Of a stretch of DNA of 33,095 bases, positions 12,001 to 16,583 are shown piece after piece; within the stretch, counting starts at the first letter, position 1, and each line of letters begins with the position of its first letter. The position numbers were made by a program, and so were the translations under genes. The DNA is from Planctomycetota bacterium (GTDB lineage Bacteria > Planctomycetota > UBA8742 > JACQVU01): the NCBI GenBank assembly GCA_016209585.1, contig JACQVU010000012.1, positions 1 through 33,095 of the forward strand, read 5' to 3'. The notes below the pieces were generated by a model. That model was not told where the DNA came from. It did not search any database and was given only the letters and a program-made list of their open reading frames with translations.

Positions 12001-15000
12001 GCTTCGCCGCGCCCGACTTCGGCTCCACGGCGCTTGCCTGGACGCTTGACCCCGCCTCCGTCGACACCAATCTGCTCGACGTCTCCATCGTCAACGCCGC
12101 GTCCGGCATCGTCACGGTCACGCCCAAGACCAACGCCTTCGGAAACGACGACATCACCTTTACCCTCACCGACAACAACGGCGGCGTCACTTCCAAGACC
12201 AACGTCACCATCACCGTCCAGAGCGTGAACGATCCCCCCGTCTTCGGCGGCCTGCCCGACGTGGGCATCGCCACCAACTCCGCCGGCCTGCAGGACGTGA
12301 TCGCCCTGCCGGCCTACGCCTCGGATGTCGAGAGTTTCCCCTCGCTGGTCTACACCATCGACTCCCAGTCCAACGCCGCGATCTGCAACGTCACCATCGA
12401 CGGCTCGAACTTCGTCGATCTCGGCGCCACCGGCGCCACCGGCGGAACCAACACCGTGGTCATCCGCTGCTCCGACGGCGCCCCCTCCGACGACAAGACC
12501 GACACCTTCGTCGTCACCGTCGCCGGCGACCTCTCCTGGGTCGGCAAGTGGAACTACCGCAAGAACCTCACCTTCACCGCCGCCGCCGGCGCCTATTACG
12601 CTGACCTGACCATCTCCGACGCCGGAACGCTCGCCCACATGCGCGCCGACCGCGCCGACGTGCGCATCCTCACCGCCGGCCAGGAGACAGCCTACAACCT
12701 CATCACCACCAATCCCCTCCGCGTCCGCTGGAACCTCACCATTCCCGCGGCCGGGTACACGGCCGACACTTACATCTACTACGGCAACCCCGCAGCCGCG
12801 GCGCCCTCGTACTCGTTCACGCCCAACGCCACCTCCCTCACCCCGCGCGTGATGCTGGAAGACTCTACCTTCATCCGCCGCTGGTCCGACGCCATCAACT
12901 GGAGCCCCATCCTGGCGCCCACGGCCTTCACCAACGTCACCGTCAACACCGGCTACACCAACGCCCCGCTGATCGACGCCACCGCCGCGGCCCGCGCGGT
13001 GACCGTCGGCGTCGGCGCCACGCTGGACTTCGGCGAGGGCAACATCACCCTCACCGCCGGCGACGACGTGGCCGTGAACGGCACGCTCACGCTGCGGGAA
13101 GGCTCACGCCTGGCGCTGGTGTCCAACTCCACCACCAACGCCACCACCAAGGGGGTGATCGTCAGCGCCACCGGCTCGCTGTCGGCGAACGGCGCGGCCT
13201 TCGTCTCCGGCAGCGCCGGCGCGCTGACCAGCGAAACGCTCATCTCCGACCCCGGCGCGTTCACCGGCAAGAACTACATCGGGAAATGGATCCACATGAC
13301 CTCGGGCCTGGCCCGCGGGCGGTACTACTCGATTCTGCTCAACAACAACAACTCCCTCACCCGCGCCGATACCTCCAGCGCCACCGACACTGCCGGAACG
13401 CTCGACCCGGCGCTCAAGCGCATTTCGTGCGGGGGCGAGATGATCGCCTCCGACGGCGAACACGTCGGCCGGTACGTGAAAGACCTCACCGGCTCCACCG
13501 GCTATCACCGCATCGTCCGCACGGTGAACGCTTCTCCCGACCTCATCTATCTCACTGGCGACCTCACGAACTTCACCGTCGGTGACGACTACGAGATCAC
13601 CGACGGCGTCCAGGCCGGCGATGGCTACGAGGTGATGCAATTCGCGGAAGTCACCTCCGCTGCCCTCGACGGCGTCTCCAACGGCTACCTCCTGCTGCAA
13701 GACGGGGCCGAGGCCACTCTCCAGCGCGCCGACCTGCACGCCCTCGGCGCCAACTTCACCGACAAGCAGGGCTTCACCGCCAAGGGCATCACGGCCATGG
13801 GCGGCGCGGGGGAGGGCCTTTCGATGAACACCGTCCGCGTCCGCGATGGCTACGTCGGCCTGCGGCTGGAGACCACCACCGACCTGATGGCGGAGAACTT
13901 CGAGGTCACGGGCTGCGCCAGCCACGGCGTGCAGATGGCCAGCGGGTCGTCGCGCGCCCTGTTCAGCACCGTGCGCCTGGCCAGCAACGGCGGCGACGGG
14001 CTGCGCGCGGAAGCCGCGGGCGGCACGGGCGCGGTGCTGTACGACGTCACGGCGGCGAGCAACGGTGGCGCCGGTCTGCGCTTCCTGTCCGGGACGGGCA
14101 GCGTGGCCATCATCAAATGCGCGGCGTACTCCAACGGAGGCGAGGGCATCGTCGCGTCCTCGCTCGACTCGTTCCGGGTCTCGTCGTCGCTGGTGTTTGG
14201 CCAGCGGGCGGGAACCGGGCGCGGCGTTGACTTGGCGGCGGCGACGGACGTGGTGCTCACCGATGACACGATCGAGGCGAACCTCGTGGGGGTGCGCGCC
14301 GCCAACGACGTCACGGGCCTCACCATCTGGGGCGGAAGCCTGGGGTTCAACCAGCCCAACGACACGTGGCAGGCGCAGATGGGCGCGGGCGGGTCCGGCG
14401 CGGTGGTGCAGATGCGTGGGGCGTCGGTGGCGGAAACGAACGTGTTCGACCCCGCGGGCATCGACCAGGCCGGGGATCTGGTGATGAGTCGCGGCCACAA
14501 GACCCCCACGGGCGCGGCGAAGGGCGCAACCTACATCTGGGGCGACTACTCCATCGCCGGAGCCTCCACCGAGAAGTTCAACCGCGCCGACGCCTCCTAC
14601 GCCTCGGCCGCGTCCACGCCGCGGGTGCTGCGGGGAAACAGCAGCGTGGGGGCGGTCAGCACGTCCGACGCCAACGCCACCACCAGCGCCTGGGTGGTGA
14701 CCTACGACAGCGGCGTCGGGAAGTGGACCGTCTTCAATTCGCTCACCGGCGACCAGACGAACGTCGCCACGAGCGGCGTGCCCTATACTTCCGACGGCGG
14801 CGAAGTGACGTTCACGGTCACGGAGTCGTCGCCGCTCCCCTCCGACCTCATCGACTTCGTCACGCTGGCCGCCTCCGGCGACGCGAACACCAAGAAAAGC
14901 GTCTTCTTCGGCCCCACCGACGCCGGTTACAACGGCGGCCTCTCGCGGCTCACGGTTCCAGCCACCTCCACGCTTCAGATGTTGGGGAGCGCGGCCGGTC

Positions 15001-16130
15001 CCACGGCCGTCTCCGGGATGGACGCCAACACCCGCTACCTCTTCCGCGTGCAGGGAACGGTCAACGCCGACCAGTACGCTTTCACGCAGCCCGCCGTATC
15101 GGGGGTGGAGATCGACGGCGCGGCCACGGTGACGGCGCTCTCGAACGGCGCCTTCGACCTCCCCGCCGCCTCCGGCTCGCTGTTGAACTTCTCCACCTAC
15201 ACCGGGGCGGAACTGGTCATTTCCGGCTGCGCGTTCGAGAACTCCGCCGGCGCGGCTGGGGCCTCCAACGTGAAAGCCACCAGCGCCACGACCGACGCGG
15301 TCCGTTTCTCTTCCTTCTCCGGCTCGTTCGCCGGCGAAGACAACGACGACGACCCGGCGGAGCGGGTGCTCTGGGGTTCCGTCAACCTGCCTGACAAGGT
15401 GTACGCCGCCGATCCCCGCCTGGGCGCGCGCGCCGAGGTGGCCGGCGGCTTCAACGTGGGGACGGTGGTGTACGGCGACCTGCTGAACGACCGTATCGCC
15501 GGCCTGGCCTTCACCGCGCGCTACAAGGCCATTGACGCCGTGGTCGCCAAGAAGATGCGCGTGCAGGTCGGCACGGCGGCGGGCCTCGCCGACCTCTGGG
15601 ACTCCGGCATGGTCCGCGTGCCCGACCTCTCCAACAACGACCAGGGATACGACCTGCTCTACCGGGGCGCGTCGCTGGCCTACGGCGTCACCTATTACTA
15701 CCGTGTCCGCTTTGAGCAGGCGACCGGCATCCCCAGCCCGTGGGTCTCCTCCCAGTTCACCGTGCAACGCCCCGTGTCGCGCACCACGGCGGCGGGCACG
15801 TTCCGAAACGCGCCGGGCGGTCTGATGATCCGCGGCCGCGCGGTGGGGGCGCAAGCCTTCCTCGCTCCCACGGGAGCCACTTCCGCCTCCGTTGACGTCT
15901 GGGTCAAGAAGAAGGCCGGGTACAGCGGGGAGGCCACGCTCACGCTCTTCGACCCCGCGGGCAACCAGGCCGCGTCGATCAGCACCGACGCCGGCTCGAA
16001 CGACGCCTGGAAGAAGTACACCATCGCCGGCGCCATCTCGCAGTCCGGCGGTTGTCGGTTGGAGTTCTTCCTGCCGGACCCGGCGTCGGAAGTTTACGTT
16101 GACGACGTGGTGGCGACGTTCTCGCCGTAG
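1..16130 (+). CDS. Giant repetitive surface/adhesin-like protein, 5'-partial (>5,357 aa in the window). It combines beta-helix-like N-terminal repeats, 6 x (FG-GAP/VCBS propeller + Ig/cadherin-like) modules, DUF2341-like and PbH1 parallel beta-helix regions, and a C-terminal jelly-roll-like domain.
   Basis: A single uninterrupted frame runs from nt 3 to the TAG at 16128-16130. The GTG at 57 is not the real start. Codons 3-56 (ANVTLTNNSSIDLTGTITV) continue the same repeat seen later (ANITLTSNTTVNLSGTTTV), so the gene extends upstream of the window. Recurrent Ca-binding FG-GAP loops are present (ADFDNDGDLDxxF, EDFNNDGxxDxV, AADFDxDGxxDF, AGDFDGDG). Ig-like units have the form LxWSVDxxxVNTALF...ITPVAxxxGxDDITxxLxDxNG...TDVTVTV. 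Confidence 0.9.
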   Translation, partial: ANVTLTNNSSIDLTGTITVAGTLNASNAGTSIAFLGSVLQTSGAGVINVAGALTAGATSVLDLYDGATGGTLKFTATSGTPMPDTFGTVDFQGSTVEYESLFISDVTMQTRYNAAASTISYNNLIIDNAAAATIKAVTPAGTLLKVDGTLTVDDGTFTPAGNGDFNNVTIDSGQGELFEGGANTYTVSGNWSNAAVGNYSAGTSTVDFDGTGTVTLSTFNNVIISAGTRTIITSNTITVNGTLEMKGGATWALAGFDPVVTGLATATGNFTISSSVAGTLALNGGLTVSGGDLTLSAGAATTVTVSNTATTVNATRALTVGANITLTSNTTVNLSGTTTVTGVLNAGATTAIAFTGGTLATSGAGTINVTNASGVFTESGTSIIDLYDGATAGSLTFSATSGTPMPNTFDTVDLAGSTVTYNAVVIAADTVIQTQYAGGNISYYNLTLQNGGATGAQYVTTGAGTLVVANTLTIDNRAGVGVGEFAPATNGDFANVSILGGATFFAGSYSHTVSGNWANSGTFTAGTSTVEFDGAGGGTASVTLNGTSSFNNVRLNKSGGATLTVSAAMNVNGTAQFTAGRISHSTLAVTIVGLSTFDGSVTIQATTGAMTLSGGWAFTNGTLLTASTPTIVVAGTGSESGTSTLDLYDGTSGGTLRFTSASGTPMPATFDTIDFGTNSTIEYESTPTADVTVQTTYAGGTISYYNLTIDNGAGAAFKMITPASPLLKVDGTLLIDDGNFSLGGNADLNNVTIGGTGASEKLIIAGAGATVTVSGAWTNSIGAAGLDAGTSLVEFDGAGAVTASGAQTWYDVKINKSGGGTVTSTGVWTISRHLTLQAGTWDQGTANQAHTVAGDWTAAGGSFTADSGTITFNGTGTQTLTAASNFYNLSVTGTSNTVQTASNITAGGTLTVNNTFNLTASNSLSVTGAVTIGASGTLTFAGTNTVTFSSTVAQDGVLTFSGAATVTVGGNVTSTGGVTSFDGGGSMSVTGIYDMDAGAGARLNVNAATVTLSSYLRGRVAGQQVNITSGSLTCAYFSNAGSPWWSYFDLNVTGAGMFKTTGTTSQGSYGAVSITGAGSLVAQGSGTYYTRFFGTVTLGNSGAVIDVNGQLRIDAGGTLTAAGFAPKIYVAEDFLAGTPSGYGTFTPGNSEVIFDGTLAAVVYPTTFYDLTINKSAAVTVTQSSTGTPIVVQNTFTVQGSGTYTANSKAHDFNDVTITAGTFNATAVTHTVSGNWSMTGGTFTNTGSTIKFDGTGTIASTGAFDGFEVAAGAGTHTVSGAVTVSGVGTITSGTLAVNSSVTLTLNGAMTVNGGALTSAGTLAVNGGWTDNAGTVNCTGGDAVLGGSSGTAFTSKIGSVFYDLTLNKNALATTVTYSGDVAVSRNLTLTRGTFDMQNASTIGVSDATTLNVAATNGKLRAMGTSAANRITIEGDTATPADGFTFDVYGVLEARNFRVINPDANGLRVHPGATVIELNYATFDYPTSGGCLLNITGVAAGFPTTNQGSSFSDNGLPTGTISNVKADATTVSVEFTDFSGSLAHNVVVAENRDDDPMDRIRWRDASFPTISSLADNIPVRQNSPQIVDLSAFEFDVEDGGGQRFIAVGDDTGRVFVVEVLGGGSFGAAVQLTDTSSYVRGVGVADFDNDGDFDVVFAAGNGNAYRIKRKSISSPLVAGDFGSPAIIGAFTAATYGMDIGVEDFNNDGFMDFVVSANNAYYTLFKNNGNGTFQTTLLTSTGPANGRAKTAADFDRDGAADFVSLDSGTTNVYFWKGFGDGGFARSTQSAAVTATNGYGVAAGDYDGDFLPDLMVENSGTGLFSFLKGLGNGRFAAPASAGQTAPATGAIGFDAYDVNSDGKMDVVVSMGAGYDLLYYPGNGNGTLGAAVTIQLNFTTSASYTLAAPTHGNTRLNWSVDTDTVNPALMSISVSNSAADQITITPVASATGSDDVTFILSDSTGFVSLKTDVTVNVNAASAAAPVISSRLDNISVSYNQPLNVDLSQFGSDPDQVWGRDYFVTDNDSSNVYLVQINGDGTYGAPVNFGDQGNYIRGSAVADFDNDGDLDFIIARNADVQLYRRVSGGASIETTDFLGPTLLGPFTSSTWGMDLACEDFNGDGSMDIVFSGNNGYYYCFLNDGNGRFAALTLTTAGPSAGRGKAAGDFNGDGFLDFISADSGTTTLHVWQGDGAGNFARTDLATVLPTADAYGLTAGDFDGDGKDDAVANDTSGNLYFLKGTGNGTFEARVLIEPSPTTATAGGVALDRGDFNGDGNLDLVVCDDPDDDLLVLSGNGDGTFAAAVTVAANFTTGTERMVAAPTHGSRVLAWSVDPASVNTALLSATISDVNAGILSITPVTGQSGTDEITLILSDNNMGTVSKTDVTVTVSPFVGNPPVVEATADNFTTTDDTVLKVDLSRFGWDPDDANGRSFVVVGDDSTRLYAMAYNGDGSFGSPVSLGDVGNTIRGAGIADFDNDGDLDVVFGDGSGNAWFIQRVAHSSPLQAADFTTKVLAGTFSASSYGMDICVEDFNNDGKSDFIVGGNNGVYTMFRGNGNGTFTTSVIDPANPANGRAKDAADFDEDGFMDFVSLYSGAGNLYLWRGNGAYAFSRTNYAAAAPTADGYGIAAGDFNHDGHQDVVVQNNVTGLFYFLAGKGDGTFYAGVSTGQSVPAGAVNFDAVDMTGDGKLDLLVVANAVDTSFRVFPGNGDGTFSAATLIPATFSSTNLVAACPDYGSTTLTWSVDAPSVNTALFSASVTDATADTLTITPVASAFGQDDITLVLTDSNSGVTQKVDVTVQILSAAAAGDPVIQNSLDAIRVREDTVRQVDLSGYGYDPDSANGKPFICYADENGIFWVCESTGAGTWGTPISLGDLGGSLNGYGVADFDNDGDLDIVYARNNDTCYILRRIAVSVPMVAGDFAPTVNIGAFNDGGSPGHGMDVATEDFNHDGNMDFVVSGNNGDYRLFKGTGLGTFTMSTLDAAVPGSGRGKDAADFDNDGNPDFVALENTNAYIHLWKGDGQGNFQRLEIVGGVPVANSYGCAAADFDSDGDADLIVNNTTGGVYYVPGNGNLSFGSPVLLFTITGETNNIGMDAHDWDNDGLPDLLVSADVANDVIYYRNTTSGGTVSFAAGVNVHADFTATTNRGVACPNFGSKKLRWSIDAASVDTNVFTAEITSTVTQRLTITPVAGASGTDDITLVLNDANGGQTQKTNVTVTVSAVADGNPLIEGLFDNLTFRQNQIGFIDASAFGFDADAANGKPYFVVNDDDTNFYVVQINGDGTFGTPVNLGNWGGSDNVHGVAIADFDNDGDLDILFGDDDGKVMIVRRIANSIPLVASDFSAKAVAGTFTSASWGMDMACGDFNNDGNQDAVISGNNGVYALFIGRGDGFFDTTEITASGPANGRGKDAADFNGDGKIDFASICSGTRHLTLWFGDGAGGFTETTYNNFIPVADSYALAAGDFDGDGRADLVISNDTTGAFSFYKGAGAGTFASGVATGITHTGDSGVDAVDFNGDGKLDLIISQDSNNTAVFLYTGVGNGTFNNAGSIAVTFTNNNRNVATPDYGSKALTWSVDPATVNTALFNITTENGPAALFSVTPVAGQSGSDDVTFVLTDNNGGTVQKTDVTITYTAVAYANPLISAKLDNFTTPEDTGFTFDLSRFGSDPDGGNGKHYVVATDDTGNVRTIPLNLDGTYGAAIVLGDLGDLIEGIGIADFDNDGTLDYVFADGVATYGEQVEGGGQISELFFAKRVGTSNTMSSDWAIPVPVGEFTASGPSSYDIFLGWTTPTNYGMDICVEDFNNDGKMDLIVGGDWTVIDLFIGNGDGTFEKTTVTSSLTGNTRAKDAADFDRDGNMDFAMTLSNDNEIYVHMGDGAGGFTTSTLTNYAYNSGSYALAAGDFDGDHLPDLVTGNSGNGRYYFIKGNGDGTFQTGVECGTQDAAFTKIAGNATLDAIDVNNDGLLDLIIHYDSGHTVRVYTGNGNGTFAFTNGAPILTTMSGTDLGFAAPDFGSTALAWTLDPASVDTNLLDVSIVNAASGIVTVTPKTNAFGNDDITFTLTDNNGGVTSKTNVTITVQSVNDPPVFGGLPDVGIATNSAGLQDVIALPAYASDVESFPSLVYTIDSQSNAAICNVTIDGSNFVDLGATGATGGTNTVVIRCSDGAPSDDKTDTFVVTVAGDLSWVGKWNYRKNLTFTAAAGAYYADLTISDAGTLAHMRADRADVRILTAGQETAYNLITTNPLRVRWNLTIPAAGYTADTYIYYGNPAAAAPSYSFTPNATSLTPRVMLEDSTFIRRWSDAINWSPILAPTAFTNVTVNTGYTNAPLIDATAAARAVTVGVGATLDFGEGNITLTAGDDVAVNGTLTLREGSRLALVSNSTTNATTKGVIVSATGSLSANGAAFVSGSAGALTSETLISDPGAFTGKNYIGKWIHMTSGLARGRYYSILLNNNNSLTRADTSSATDTAGTLDPALKRISCGGEMIASDGEHVGRYVKDLTGSTGYHRIVRTVNASPDLIYLTGDLTNFTVGDDYEITDGVQAGDGYEVMQFAEVTSAALDGVSNGYLLLQDGAEATLQRADLHALGANFTDKQGFTAKGITAMGGAGEGLSMNTVRVRDGYVGLRLETTTDLMAENFEVTGCASHGVQMASGSSRALFSTVRLASNGGDGLRAEAAGGTGAVLYDVTAASNGGAGLRFLSGTGSVAIIKCAAYSNGGEGIVASSLDSFRVSSSLVFGQRAGTGRGVDLAAATDVVLTDDTIEANLVGVRAANDVTGLTIWGGSLGFNQPNDTWQAQMGAGGSGAVVQMRGASVAETNVFDPAGIDQAGDLVMSRGHKTPTGAAKGATYIWGDYSIAGASTEKFNRADASYASAASTPRVLRGNSSVGAVSTSDANATTSAWVVTYDSGVGKWTVFNSLTGDQTNVATSGVPYTSDGGEVTFTVTESSPLPSDLIDFVTLAASGDANTKKSVFFGPTDAGYNGGLSRLTVPATSTLQMLGSAAGPTAVSGMDANTRYLFRVQGTVNADQYAFTQPAVSGVEIDGAATVTALSNGAFDLPAASGSLLNFSTYTGAELVISGCAFENSAGAAGASNVKATSATTDAVRFSSFSGSFAGEDNDDDPAERVLWGSVNLPDKVYAADPRLGARAEVAGGFNVGTVVYGDLLNDRIAGLAFTARYKAIDAVVAKKMRVQVGTAAGLADLWDSGMVRVPDLSNNDQGYDLLYRGASLAYGVTYYYRVRFEQATGIPSPWVSSQFTVQRPVSRTTAAGTFRNAPGGLMIRGRAVGAQAFLAPTGATSASVDVWVKKKAGYSGEATLTLFDPAGNQAASISTDAGSNDAWKKYTIAGAISQSGGCRLEFFLPDPASEVYVDDVVATFSP
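90..2640 (+). repeat. Three divergent tandem copies of a ~260-320-aa N-terminal repeat unit inside the giant CDS
   Basis: The signature block occurs three times. Copy 1: LDLYDGATGGTLKFTATSGTPMPDTFGTVDFQGSTVEYES (nt ~183-302). Copy 2: IDLYDGATAGSLTFSATSGTPMPNTFDTVDLAGSTVTYN (~1152-1268). Copy 3: LDLYDGTSGGTLRFTSASGTPMPATFDTIDFGTNSTIEYES (~1935-2057). Each is followed by I(S)YYNLT(I/L) and (H/Y)TVSGNW motifs. The window-edge residues suggest a further copy upstream. Confidence 0.8.
4693..12224 (+). repeat. Array of six ~1.24-kb protein-coding modules, each an FG-GAP/VCBS beta-propeller plus an Ig/cadherin-like domain
   Basis: Module starts were read from the recurring (N/D)P(P)(V/L)I..LDN......(V/F)DLS.FG.D(P)D motif at nt ~4693, 5931, 7164, 8406, 9658 and 10894. 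The next unit begins at ~12225. Spacings are 1238, 1233, 1242, 1252, 1236 and 1331 nt. Module 6 is longer because of an insertion (ADGVATYGEQVEGGGQISELFFAKRVGTSNTMSSDW...). Confidence 0.85.
12225..12528 (+). other. Terminal cadherin-like/Ig domain of the giant protein, with no propeller attached
   Basis: VNDPPVFGGLPDVGIATNSAGLQDVIALPAYASDVESFPSLVYTIDSQSN...VVIRCSDGAPSDDKTDTFVVTV. The VNDxPV start and TV-ending strand are typical of bacterial cadherin-like repeats. Confidence 0.55.
12529..12830 (+). other. DUF2341-like domain within the giant protein
   Basis: WNYRKNLTF...YADLTISDAGTLAHMRADRADVRILTAGQETAYNLI...LRVRWNLTIPAAGYTADTYIYYGNPAA matches my remembered DUF2341 pattern (W.yRk.itv ... D(i)RF.d..g..l ... 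vWVkv..l.....iy.YYGN). Confidence 0.55.
13830..14350 (+). other. Parallel beta-helix (PbH1-type) repeat region within the giant protein
   Basis: There are about 22-24-aa periodic coils: ASHGVQMASGSSRALFSTVRLASNGGDGLRAEAAGGTGAVLYDVTAASNGGAGLRFLSGTGSVAIIKCAAYSNGGEGIVASSLDSFRVSSSLVFGQ... The repeated (S)NGG(D/A/E)G(L/I) turns are typical of right-handed beta-helix proteins. Confidence 0.6.
15760..16127 (+). other. C-terminal jelly-roll/CBM-like domain of the giant protein. No recognisable sorting signal.
   Basis: ...ASVDVWVKKKAGYSGEATLTLFDPAGNQAASISTDAGSNDAWKKYTIAGAISQSGGCRLEFFLPDPASEVYVDDVVATFSP*. The (E)VYVDDV ending and alternating beta pattern resemble carbohydrate-binding/galactose-binding-like modules. 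I saw no LPXTG, PEP-CTERM or T9SS-type tail. Confidence 0.35.
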
Positions 16131-16145
16131 GGGCATCGGATCTCC

Positions 16146-16471
16146 ATGGGTGACATCGAGGCGTACCCGAGGGATCCGCGCGGCGCGTTGTGCCTGGTGT
16201 GGGGCGAGTCCGCGCCGTGAGCGGAACGGAGGGCGGCATGCGGACGCCGATCACCGTCGAGTGGATTCGGCGGTGCGCGGAGCGGCAAGAGTACATCACA
16301 TCCCGTCACGCCGCTGAGGAGATGCTGGACGATGGGTTGGAGGAGCCGGTTGCGCTGTCAGCCGCGTCAGCGGGCGGTCGATCATCCGGGCGGGGCGGAT
16401 CGCGCGGAACCGGCGCCGGAAGGGCCTGTTTTTCCAGCGGCGGGGCTGATGGGTGGCGCGGGGAGCGGTAG
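16146..16471 (+). pseudogene. Frameshifted, mosaic DUF4258-like (toxin-family) gene fragments
   Basis: Frame 0 at 16146-16220 reads MGDIEAYPRDPRGALCLVWGESAP*. This resembles the central G(E)IIE.YP.D.P.PS.L.LG block of DUF4258 proteins. Frame +2 continues GRVRAVSGTEGGMRTPITVEW, like GRPLHVV....IITVY. The same frame then shows a DUF4258 N-terminal-like block, YITSRHAAEEMLDDGLEEPVAL (ATG at 16238, preceded by GGAGGG), which decays into Gly/Ser/Arg low complexity. The order (middle/C-terminal part first, then an N-terminal part) and the frame changes indicate remnants rather than an intact gene. Confidence 0.35.
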
Positions 16472-16583
16472 CAGTGCCGCGATGAGATGCTCTGGGCGGA
16501 GTTTCTCCGCGGTGGTTGCCACGTCTTCGGGAGGTCTGGTAGGGTACTCGCCCGGAGACACCGACGACCGGTCGTTCACGTTC

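Noticed and set aside
16332-16583. Upstream extension of the RM ORF (ORF-track start at 16332, giving 1181 aa).
   Set aside because: The extra 84 aa are Arg/Gly/Ser/Ala low complexity (MGWRSRLRCQPRQRAVDHPGG...) and overlap the DUF4258-like fragments. The recognisable protein begins after the ATG at 16584. ATG 16482 or 16449 cannot be excluded without ribosome profiling or homolog alignment.
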